DNA from: Bdellovibrionales bacterium
Lineage (GTDB): Bacteria > Pseudomonadota > Alphaproteobacteria > UBA9219
Assembly (NCBI GenBank): GCA_041649025.1
Contig: JBAZNY010000002.1
Location: 70,694 to 134,693 of the forward strand
Reading direction: 5' to 3'
Length of the DNA: 64,000 nt
Every line of letters begins with the position of its first letter. The stretch's first letter is position 1. The notes under the pieces are model-generated. The model was not told the DNA's origin. It saw only the letters and a program-made list of their open reading frames with translations, and did not search any database. The position numbers and the translations under genes were made by a program. Of this stretch, positions 19,874-28,189 are shown piece by piece.

Positions 19874-20419
19874 TTATGGCTCCGGCTTTTGTTGTGCACT
19901 CTTCTTAAAATCCCTAAATACTTCGGAAGACCTTGGCCCATTTGCCCCCTGATATTTGCCTTTGTAGAGAACGATCTCTCCCTTCGGAACCCAGAAGGAC
20001 ACTTGCCCGACGAGCATTCCTGGATAAAGCCGAATGGGCAGCGTTGCGTAGAGCTGAAACGACAGATTTCCGTGCATACCGAGATCGACGAGATCGGCTG
20101 TTACATGAACAAACAGCCCAAGCCGAGCGATGCTGGAACGCGCGTGAATAATTGGGACAAAGTAGTCGCTTCCAACTTTTTCCTGTGTATGTCCCACAAG
20201 AAAATCCCCCTTCTTCATCAAGATTCCCTTTTCATCTGCGATGATCTCTCGGAACTCCGGCGGATTTCGGGGATCGATAACTGGCGATGTGTACTGGATG
20301 AACTTATTGCCCAGCCGCAGATCATATGAATTTGTCGTCGCCCGTTCAGGATCGAAGGGGCAAATTTCAATCTTTCCCAAGTTCCACTGATTGATAATTT
20401 CTTTTCCGGTCAAAATCAT
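19874..20419 (-). CDS. dCTP deaminase-like protein, copy 2 (catalytic Glu replaced by Gln)
   Basis: MILTGKEI, TNSYDLRLGNKF, ARSSIARLGLFVHVTADLVDLG and RLYPGMLVGQVSF are close to canonical Dcd. The VLEF position reads SFQL. Confidence 0.7.
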   Translation of the reverse strand: MILTGKEIINQWNLGKIEICPFDPERATTNSYDLRLGNKFIQYTSPVIDPRNPPEFREIIADEKGILMKKGDFLVGHTQEKVGSDYFVPIIHARSSIARLGLFVHVTADLVDLGMHGNLSFQLYATLPIRLYPGMLVGQVSFWVPKGEIVLYKGKYQGANGPRSSEVFRDFKKSAQQKPEP

Positions 20420-20493
20420 CGTCGTCTCTATCGCTTGTTAAAATATACCCCGCAGTCGTTTGAATAACCGCAACTGCGGGGCCATTATTATAT

Positions 20494-21594
20494 TTATGGC
20501 GCAGGGCCTTCTTTTCTCTTCTTTTCCCATTGGAGCTTTTTCAGCCAAACGGGCTCATTCTGACGCGGCTTAAAGGAAACGCACAAAGGAACAAACTCAC
20601 CAAAATGATTCCCCTTGTTCTGATTGGTGCACGGAGTGTCCTTGGTCATGTCGTGGCCAAGAAGTTCATTCGTCGGCGTGTTGTTCCAATAGATTTTTTT
20701 GCTATCGTAAAAACCGATGCCGTAAGGAGTCCCAATCATGAGAGAGCAAAGACGGAGCATCCCATTCGGAAAAGCTAGAATACGATCGAACTGCTTGGCG
20801 GAGCAGTATCCATAATATTCCTTGTTTCTCTCAAATTCCTCCTTGACCGTAACGCACTGGGGCATCCGAACATCGATGCCCTTCTCTGTCTCTTTGTACT
20901 TTTGCACTTCTGCAAAGGCCTCCATGTATTCCTTGACGCTGGTATTGATATTATTTGACCAAACGTCGCGCGGAATTCCGCCCTTGAACAAATCATGCAT
21001 GTTGAGCGTCTTGACCCCAAGACCCTTCATAAATTCGATCATGTTGATAAGAGCGAGCTGTCCGTTTTCGGCTTGTGCAGTAAGCCCTTTGTGCACGCAG
21101 CTTGTTACGTGAACGTTGTAGCCCTTTTCGATGGCTTTCTTGATGTTTGAGGTACAGTTTTTGAAGCTACCTTTGCCACGGATGGCATCGTTCATTTCCT
21201 CCGTATAGCCGTCCAGGCTGAACGTAATTTCATCAAGCTCGCGGAAATAGGGATTGTCGAGCAAGGACGGATTGAACATCCCGTTCGTATCGATGCGAAC
21301 GTGCGAATACCCCATTTGCTTCGCTTCATGAATGAGTTCCGGCAGCTTCTTGTATAAAGTCGGCTCTCCTCCCATAAACGTCATCTTAATTGCGCCAAGT
21401 TCGCGCATATTTTTCATGAGATTTAACGCGTCGCCATATTCCATTTCCTTTTTCTGAAGCTGGAATGTGAGTTCAGGCTTGTACAAGCACTGCACGCACC
21501 TCAAATTGCAGGTGTCAGTGAGATACATAAAAACCTGTCCAATTTTATTGTTGAACGCCTGATAAAATTGTTCGTCAATTTCCATTTCGCTCAT
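20494..21594 (-). CDS. radical SAM enzyme with a Cys-rich C-terminal region
   Basis: CNLRCVQC (CX3CX2C) near the N-terminus, then MTFMGGEPTLY, VRIDTNGMF and ITFSLDG. There are additional C-terminal cysteines, possibly an auxiliary cluster domain. Confidence 0.75.
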   Translation of the reverse strand: MSEMEIDEQFYQAFNNKIGQVFMYLTDTCNLRCVQCLYKPELTFQLQKKEMEYGDALNLMKNMRELGAIKMTFMGGEPTLYKKLPELIHEAKQMGYSHVRIDTNGMFNPSLLDNPYFRELDEITFSLDGYTEEMNDAIRGKGSFKNCTSNIKKAIEKGYNVHVTSCVHKGLTAQAENGQLALINMIEFMKGLGVKTLNMHDLFKGGIPRDVWSNNINTSVKEYMEAFAEVQKYKETEKGIDVRMPQCVTVKEEFERNKEYYGYCSAKQFDRILAFPNGMLRLCSLMIGTPYGIGFYDSKKIYWNNTPTNELLGHDMTKDTPCTNQNKGNHFGEFVPLCVSFKPRQNEPVWLKKLQWEKKRKEGPAP

Positions 21595-21721
21595 ATTCGC
21601 CCCCTAAAAATTTATTTCCAAAATGAGAAGCGCTCATTTTGTGTTTGAAAATTAGTGGGTGCCGGTTTTACCCGCATCCCCCGTTCGGGGGTTTTTGATG
21701 TCTCTTCGATAAAAAGAGGTC

Positions 21722-23830
21722 TTAGTTTTTATCTAACGACGAAGTGTTAGATGACGAGTGCGATGCCGGCCTTGTCGGATCGCAGGAAGGCGCGCGTGCT
21801 TTGATTGCTTTCAGGTCGCCAACATCATCGAAGAAACGTTGAAGCCAAATAAGCATCCCTATTCTATTTTCTCTGATGCTTACGTTGTCATCGTTGATGC
21901 GAACGTTTTCAAAAAACTCCGTAACAGTTGTCTCGGTCTCGCTTAAGCGTTGTAGCTTTGCTCCGTAGTCCAGCACAGGAAATTGCAGCGTCATCTTCGC
22001 CAACATCCCGCACATGCGCACATCATAATCCGAAGCCAAGAGCTTGCTGCTTGTGGCATACTCTTTGGTAGCCCAGTCCTTCGGCAATATCTTGCGAACG
22101 CGCGTAGCTACCGCCAATAATTTTGCCCCTTCCGGAGTTTTCATAAACTCCCGAATGGCAGTGCCGCGCTCAAACAAACGGCTTACGTTGTTGGTCTTGT
22201 CGTTATTTAATACCGATGAAATCACATCTTCGGGCAACCCGCGTTCCAGGAACGTTGACCTGATCCGATCCCGCATAAAATCGTCAATCCCTTCAGGAAA
22301 CTTTGCACTGTAAAGTTCCGAAGAAAGAGCAATACCTTCGGAAAGATCATAATCAATATTGTTTTCCAAAAGAATTCTGACCATCCCCAATGCCGTCCGC
22401 CTTAATGAAAATGGGTCGCGGCTGGAGCTAGGTATTTCTCCGATGCTGAAAAAACCGGTCAATGTGTCGATCTTATCTGCCAGCGCTATGGTTGCCGCCG
22501 TCTTCTCTTTCGGGCAAGCATCGCTTGGGCCGAGAGGCGCATAATGGCTTCTTATTGCTTCGGCAACGATTGGGGTTTCCCCCTGCTGCAAAGCACATCT
22601 ATATCCGACAATCCCTTGCAATTCTGGAAATTCATAAACAAGCGATGTGGTGAGATCGGCTTTTGATAAATTGGCCGCATGCTGAACTAAAGAAACGTCA
22701 GCCCCTAGCTTCCGCGCAATTGCCTTTGACAAAGCGGCAACGCGCTGCGTTTTGTCATACATGCTGCCCAATTTGTTATGGAACTTGAGCGTTTGAAGAT
22801 TCTGGACTCTATCGATAAGCGGAACGCTGACATCCTTTGACCAGAAGAAAAGTGCGTCCGACAAACGCGCAGAAATTACTTTCTCATTGCCGACAACGAC
22901 CGTTTTTCCTCCATCCTCTGTTACAGTTCCTGCGGCAAATATAAAGTTGGAAGAAAGGCCTCCATTCTCCTTCTTTAACGAGAAATACTTTTGGTTTGCC
23001 TTCATTGAGGTTGTGATAACCTCCGGAGGAACGTTCAAGAATCTTTCTTCAAACTGCCCAAGCAAAACAATGGGCCATTCTGTCAATCCGGCAACTTCCT
23101 CCAGAAGATCATTATCTTCATTAAGATGCAGTCCCTGTGCTTCTGCTATCCTTTGCGCATCGTTATAAATAATCGATTTGCGTTCGTTTCTATCTATTAC
23201 AACATGTCTCAATGCCAATTCATTTTTGTATTGTGCAAAATCTGTAATACAAAACGACTCTGGATTTAAGAACCTGTGTCCCACAGATTGATTTGTGTAT
23301 TCGAGATTAGTGCCGTTTCCGAGGTCAAAAGCTCCTTCTACGGCCTTGCCGTCAAAAACAACCGAGATGCTTTTCAGAGGACGCGCCCAACGGAACGTAG
23401 TTGATCCCCAACGCATGGATTTCTTCCATGACATCTCCCTTATCGACTTATCGATAACGACTGCCAAAACCTGCTTTGTTTCTCGTTCCTGGACTACCTT
23501 GTTCAAAACATAACATTCCCCTTTTGAAGTGTTCTTTGTTGACAGGTTTGTCTTTTGAGACCCCGTTGCTTTCAAAAAAGCGGAGATAATTTTCTCATTG
23601 CTATTTGTTTTTGGCCCTAATCTTTCAATATTTCTCGCTGGCAAGACGGTTGGAATTCCTTCGATTGCCACAACAAGCCGCCGTGGAGTCGATCCCCGAT
23701 GTAACTCTCCCATGGGGACGCCCGCATCCGAAAGTTCTTTACACAAAATGCTGGCAAATTGTTCTTCCGCTGCTGCTTGCACGTTTGCAGGAAGTTCTTC
23801 CGATAAAAGCTCAACGAGTAATTCCGACAT
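21722..23830 (-). CDS. glyS: glycine--tRNA ligase beta subunit
   Basis: MSELLVELLSEELPAN at the N-terminus, about 700 aa, directly downstream of glyQ (18 bp gap). The start is taken at the internal Met of the ORF. Confidence 0.9.
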   Translation of the reverse strand: MSELLVELLSEELPANVQAAAEEQFASILCKELSDAGVPMGELHRGSTPRRLVVAIEGIPTVLPARNIERLGPKTNSNEKIISAFLKATGSQKTNLSTKNTSKGECYVLNKVVQERETKQVLAVVIDKSIREMSWKKSMRWGSTTFRWARPLKSISVVFDGKAVEGAFDLGNGTNLEYTNQSVGHRFLNPESFCITDFAQYKNELALRHVVIDRNERKSIIYNDAQRIAEAQGLHLNEDNDLLEEVAGLTEWPIVLLGQFEERFLNVPPEVITTSMKANQKYFSLKKENGGLSSNFIFAAGTVTEDGGKTVVVGNEKVISARLSDALFFWSKDVSVPLIDRVQNLQTLKFHNKLGSMYDKTQRVAALSKAIARKLGADVSLVQHAANLSKADLTTSLVYEFPELQGIVGYRCALQQGETPIVAEAIRSHYAPLGPSDACPKEKTAATIALADKIDTLTGFFSIGEIPSSSRDPFSLRRTALGMVRILLENNIDYDLSEGIALSSELYSAKFPEGIDDFMRDRIRSTFLERGLPEDVISSVLNNDKTNNVSRLFERGTAIREFMKTPEGAKLLAVATRVRKILPKDWATKEYATSSKLLASDYDVRMCGMLAKMTLQFPVLDYGAKLQRLSETETTVTEFFENVRINDDNVSIRENRIGMLIWLQRFFDDVGDLKAIKARAPSCDPTRPASHSSSNTSSLDKN

Positions 23831-23848
23831 AATTGTTCTCAACCAAAG

Positions 23849-24715
23849 TTATGGATTTGCTTTAAGAAGCGTCTCGCAACATGCCTTCGCCAAATTTCTC
23901 ACGCGCCCTATATATGCTTGTCTTTCCTGTGGACTGATGACGCCGCGCGCATCAAGCGAATTAAACGTGTTTGCGGCCAAAACACATTGCTCATAGGCCG
24001 GAATTGGAAGTCTCTTCTTTAACAATTCCTCACATGTTTCTTCAAAATCATTGAAGTGCAAGAACAGTTTTTGAGGATTTGAGTGTTCAAAATTATAGGC
24101 CGACATCTGTTTCTCGTTTTCGAGATAAACGTCGCCATATGTCAGGCCTGAATTGTTGTAAGGAAGATCGTAAACGTTGTTCACGTCTAGTACATACATA
24201 GCAAGACGCTCTAACCCATAGGTAAGTTCAAGCGTCACGGGGGAACACTCCAAACCGCCCATTTGCTGAAAATATGTGAACTGCGAGATTTCCATCCCGT
24301 CACACCAGACTTCCCAACCAAGGCCGCTGGCTCCTAAGGTTGGGCTTTCCCAGTCATCCTCAACAAATCGGATATCGTGCAACGCTGGCGTTATCCCGAT
24401 CTCCTTGATGCTGTCCAAATACAATTCCTGGGAATTAGCCGGAGATGGCTTTATCACGACCTGGAATTGATGGTGCATTTGCAGCCGGTTGGGATTCTCT
24501 CCGTATCTGCCGTCTGTCGGACGCCTTGCCTGCTGCACATACGCAGCTTTCCATGGCTTCCCTCCGAGCACCCTAAATACCGTTGCGGGATGATATGTGC
24601 CCGCGCCCATTTGCATATCGTAGGGCTGAAGAAGTGCGCACCCCTTCGATCCCCAGTATTTTTGCAAACCAAGAATAATGTCTTGGTAGCAGCGCAGCTT
24701 TTTGGAATCCTGCAT
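23849..24715 (-). CDS. glyQ: glycine--tRNA ligase alpha subunit
   Basis: [60 protein letters not shown], and [22 protein letters not shown]. Confidence 0.93.
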   Translation of the reverse strand: MQDSKKLRCYQDIILGLQKYWGSKGCALLQPYDMQMGAGTYHPATVFRVLGGKPWKAAYVQQARRPTDGRYGENPNRLQMHHQFQVVIKPSPANSQELYLDSIKEIGITPALHDIRFVEDDWESPTLGASGLGWEVWCDGMEISQFTYFQQMGGLECSPVTLELTYGLERLAMYVLDVNNVYDLPYNNSGLTYGDVYLENEKQMSAYNFEHSNPQKLFLHFNDFEETCEELLKKRLPIPAYEQCVLAANTFNSLDARGVISPQERQAYIGRVRNLAKACCETLLKANP

Positions 24716-24807
24716 TGCAATTCGTCCTAAAGTTGTTTTTTAATGAATGTGTCTGAATTGATCTGAGGCCACATCCCCCTTTTGGGGGTTTCTGTGCCAA
24801 AAACGCT

Positions 24808-26835
24808 TCAAAGCGCGCTAGTTAATGACAGCAGAGGAAACACCGGTTTTTTCAAGCGAGCCCTTAGTTCATTGAAGTGTTTTCCAGCAAGATCAAACCC
24901 CCCTTTGCTCAGCATCGCGGAACTAATAAAATAGCCATCCCCTTTAACATTCTGCTCATCAACTGCTTTAGCGATGTCATCATGCGTAAGGAGACCAGCA
25001 ACACAGATATTTCCGCCAAAGTGTTGGTTAGACGCGGCAATTATGCGTAAATTACGAACTTTTTCATCAGGACGAAGCAGCTCCGTTGCTGCGTCTAAAA
25101 AAGGCTTCATGATAGAGCTTGTGACAAGAACGGGTTGTTGCAATTCATACTGCCGTTGGTGCGCAGCAATACGCCGGAAAATTGAGAAATCCACATCGTC
25201 ATTCATGAGGATTCCCCATGTTCCGACCTTCTTATCAACCAGCGTTCGCGCCCGCTTCAGTGACTTATAGGCAGAAAGCTCCACATCTCTTTGCATTCCC
25301 CTCGGGTCTCGCACAGCGACGACCATCTTGTTGGCTTGAAGATCATTTAATAGCTGAAGTGCTTCGGTTCGTGACCGTGGAGTTTTCCCATTAACTTCGA
25401 TGATTGTTGATCCCGCTTCGATGCCAGCTTGATCGGCGTTTGATCCTTCAATGACATCTTCTATCGTTGGCGTAAGCCCAGTTCGATTTAGCAATCCTAC
25501 CGTTACAATTATGGCTGTTTTGACAGATGGGCGTAGAGCGGTGACAAATGAATCAATCCGTGCCAATTCTTCTGGTGACAAAAGCAGTTTTGGATTGTGA
25601 TGAAGCGTGCCCGCCGGAAGAGCAACTCGTATATATGACGTCGGCTCATACTTGTCCGCATAACGAATTGTATGCTCGATGTCCTCTAATGGTATCCAAC
25701 TCGTGGCTGCAACAAGAGAAACATCAAACTGAATTCCCAAATCGTGCATTAGCGGTAATGATTGAATAGCAACTTCATGTTGTTCAGGTCTGCCCCCAGG
25801 CATAAGTATTTTTCTGTAGGCAGGGTCCGCGCTGTTCAGCGAGACTTGGAACAGGACTTGCTGGCGAAGCTGATCGTCTTCTGCAATTGCCTTAAGAAGC
25901 TTCTGTTTTAGGTTTCCGCCATGTGTCAGGATGGGGACTTGCGCCTTAGGATCAGCGGCGCATATAAGCTTCAGAACCTTTAGAAATTCAGGATGTTCCG
26001 TTGGCTCCCAATCCATCAGCGCATAACGTAACGGCGGATGCCCAAAACGAGTATTTGCGTCGTAGGAATTTAGAGCGTCCTTAATGTCATCAAGCGATCT
26101 CGCCCATCCGCGCGGGTATCTGACCGTCGAAAAACCTCGATCAACATAACAGAACCGGCATCCCTGATTGCAGTTATTCCATACGAAAGGAATTGCTGCA
26201 TTTTGAGCCGACCCAATAGGAACTTGAAGGGCTTGGGCATCAACGACTTTTGCCACACCTGGTTCAGAAAAATCAAATGTATTCAAAAGCCACTTCCGTA
26301 CCACAGCCTCAAGCGTATCGTTATTATGAACACTCGGTAATGGAATTGCCGGAGAAGGAAATGTTGCCCCGCCAAGAATATGTTGTACCGCCGCTACGCG
26401 CCCATTTAGCACACCCCCTTCATTGAGAAGTTCCACATCGTGCAATAGGGCAAAAGAAATATCTCCCCAATTGATTTGGGCTTTACCTGGATTAGATGCA
26501 GCTCCTGCTTCGAAAGAGCCTTTTCCTAAACGCATATAGGCATCGCATAACAATACTATGGGAGATTCAAACCCAAAAAGTTGACCCTGAACGCTTTGCA
26601 TTTCTTGTTGAGGGATAGGTTTGCTGAGATCGTTAGTACTATTTGAAACTCGAATACGATCAGGAACTAGGATATTGCCGTGAGCATCAAAAAACTGCGA
26701 AAACAGTATGACTGCTTGTGCCAAACCAAGAAAACGAGATTCTTTCGACCCAGCATCGTCAAGAAGACCATATTTCTGAATTTCGATAGCCTTTATCGTT
26801 GAAGAAAATTGTTTTGGCAGCGCGTTATTTACCAT
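24808..26835 (-). CDS. radical SAM / PDZ / DUF512-like multidomain protein with an unassigned roughly 230 aa N-terminal domain
   Basis: CNQGCRFC (CX3CX2C) at about residue 232. A PDZ-like segment IEDVIEGSNADQAGIEAGSTIIEVNGK. The C-terminal FGGNICVAGLLTHDDI resembles DUF512. Confidence 0.6.
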   Translation of the reverse strand: MVNNALPKQFSSTIKAIEIQKYGLLDDAGSKESRFLGLAQAVILFSQFFDAHGNILVPDRIRVSNSTNDLSKPIPQQEMQSVQGQLFGFESPIVLLCDAYMRLGKGSFEAGAASNPGKAQINWGDISFALLHDVELLNEGGVLNGRVAAVQHILGGATFPSPAIPLPSVHNNDTLEAVVRKWLLNTFDFSEPGVAKVVDAQALQVPIGSAQNAAIPFVWNNCNQGCRFCYVDRGFSTVRYPRGWARSLDDIKDALNSYDANTRFGHPPLRYALMDWEPTEHPEFLKVLKLICAADPKAQVPILTHGGNLKQKLLKAIAEDDQLRQQVLFQVSLNSADPAYRKILMPGGRPEQHEVAIQSLPLMHDLGIQFDVSLVAATSWIPLEDIEHTIRYADKYEPTSYIRVALPAGTLHHNPKLLLSPEELARIDSFVTALRPSVKTAIIVTVGLLNRTGLTPTIEDVIEGSNADQAGIEAGSTIIEVNGKTPRSRTEALQLLNDLQANKMVVAVRDPRGMQRDVELSAYKSLKRARTLVDKKVGTWGILMNDDVDFSIFRRIAAHQRQYELQQPVLVTSSIMKPFLDAATELLRPDEKVRNLRIIAASNQHFGGNICVAGLLTHDDIAKAVDEQNVKGDGYFISSAMLSKGGFDLAGKHFNELRARLKKPVFPLLSLTSAL

Positions 26836-26901
26836 GTTGAAATTCCAAAAATGAAATGCTTTAAAAACAATCCGCTCATGTAACCCTTATAAAGAACGTG
26901 T

Positions 26902-27339
26902 TTATAACCCCCTTTGGGGGGTATAAGTTTCAACAAAACAGCGCGTCCCCTCTATTGCATAAGGGGAGATCAAGCCAAGCGTACATGCAATCGAAACGGC
27001 GTTTGCCTTGTTAACCGCGTTAAGCTTGTTCGATATTTTCCGGTGATAATCTTTGACTGTCTCTTCAGATAGACAAACAATGTCCGATATTTCTTTCCGT
27101 GTTTTTCCCCTTGCCGTCCAAGTCAGGATTTCTGCTTCTCTCGCTGTTAGAGGTTCGATGAGGAAGGACTCTGATGAATTCGGTGTGGCATTAGGATAAG
27201 CCAAATATAGCGTGGCCAGATGGGTGCGAACACGAACGCTGGAGCCGTTTTTGCGCAGCGCTGTATGACCAGAGCGGATTTCCTCTACTGGAAACCTTCC
27301 CCCGGACACGTTGCTCAAATTTTCAAAAAGCTCGTCCAT
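26902..27339 (-). CDS. LuxR/FixJ-type HTH transcriptional regulator
   Basis: The C-terminal LTAREAEILTWTARGKTRKEISDIVCLSEETVKDYHRKISNKLNAVNKANAV is a GerE/LuxR HTH. The N-terminal roughly 70 aa is unassigned. Confidence 0.8.
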   Translation of the reverse strand: MDELFENLSNVSGGRFPVEEIRSGHTALRKNGSSVRVRTHLATLYLAYPNATPNSSESFLIEPLTAREAEILTWTARGKTRKEISDIVCLSEETVKDYHRKISNKLNAVNKANAVSIACTLGLISPYAIEGTRCFVETYTPQRGL

Positions 27340-27416
27340 TTATCTTCTTTTGCAAATAGATTAATTTAGTATTCCCGTTGTTAGACAGGTGAATTAATAA
27401 GTTATTGCGTTCTTTC

Positions 27417-27755
27417 CTAAGCAAACAACGCCTTTATCTGTTGGTTTTCCATATTCAGTGTATGTATTTTCAGTGCTTTGGAAGGAGTCATTGTTTTCCG
27501 ATATCTTCCATCATTATTTTTCATTAACCGCTGCTCGACATCAGCCATCGCGTTCGCCATGTGCCACAGCTCGTCGATTTCTTCTTTTGAAAAACCGAGG
27601 AGCAGTAAATCCTGCGGCAAACAGCCCCCATTCTTATGCGTCAGGTCGATAATGACGGTCGCCATGCGTTGATACGGAGCAAATTTGCTATCAAACTCGG
27701 TACTGATATGATCGATTGCTTGCGGAATGAGGCTTGTTTGTAATGCGGATTTCAT
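27417..27755 (-). CDS. hypothetical protein (third gene of a 3-gene overlapping set)
   Basis: 112 aa ORF. Its start overlaps the upstream stop by 4 bp (27752-27755). No recognised motif. Confidence 0.45.
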   Translation of the reverse strand: MKSALQTSLIPQAIDHISTEFDSKFAPYQRMATVIIDLTHKNGGCLPQDLLLLGFSKEEIDELWHMANAMADVEQRLMKNNDGRYRKTMTPSKALKIHTLNMENQQIKALFA

Positions 27756-28189
27756 TGGGGAGTCTCCGCATTCGTGTCTTCGATTTCTTCATCGAGATAT
27801 TTCAGCACCAGATCAGCAACTTTTCCTTGCTTTGCCGTAGCGTAGAGTTGCCACTGCATCCGGCGCGATTTTCGCGTTTGGAGCCGATCATAAAGTTGGA
27901 TGAGGGATTCCTTGTCTTGGGGAATTTGTGTCGAGCCTTTCGTTTTACGTTCTTCAATATATGTCGCAATTGCGTCGTCGATTTTCGCGGCGTCCTCGTC
28001 ATCAACAAAATTGATGGTTCCTGAAGGAAATGCTTGGAAAATATTGAGATTACAGAACTCATCCATGCGCTTGGCAAATTTCACAACCCTTTTTGCCATA
28101 TCCGGTGTTTTGCCTGCCTTCCCGTCGGCAATAACGGTTTGAAAAGCCAGCATAAGGCAAAGGCGCTGATAGAGGATATTCGACGTCAT
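27752..28189 (-). CDS. hypothetical protein (second gene of a 3-gene overlapping set)
   Basis: 145 aa ORF with 4 bp overlaps at both ends. No recognised motif. Confidence 0.45.
   Translation of the reverse strand: MTSNILYQRLCLMLAFQTVIADGKAGKTPDMAKRVVKFAKRMDEFCNLNIFQAFPSGTINFVDDEDAAKIDDAIATYIEERKTKGSTQIPQDKESLIQLYDRLQTRKSRRMQWQLYATAKQGKVADLVLKYLDEEIEDTNAETPQ

Noticed and set aside
20494-26835. The idea that the two radical-SAM genes of the island are the missing HydE/HydG partners of hydF.
   Set aside because: The 366 aa enzyme has a MoaA/SPASM-like GGEP-type core rather than BioB-like HydE features. The 675 aa protein has PDZ and DUF512-like regions rather than ThiH-like HydG features. They are also 15-20 kb away, on a separate island. 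This was not verified by profile search.
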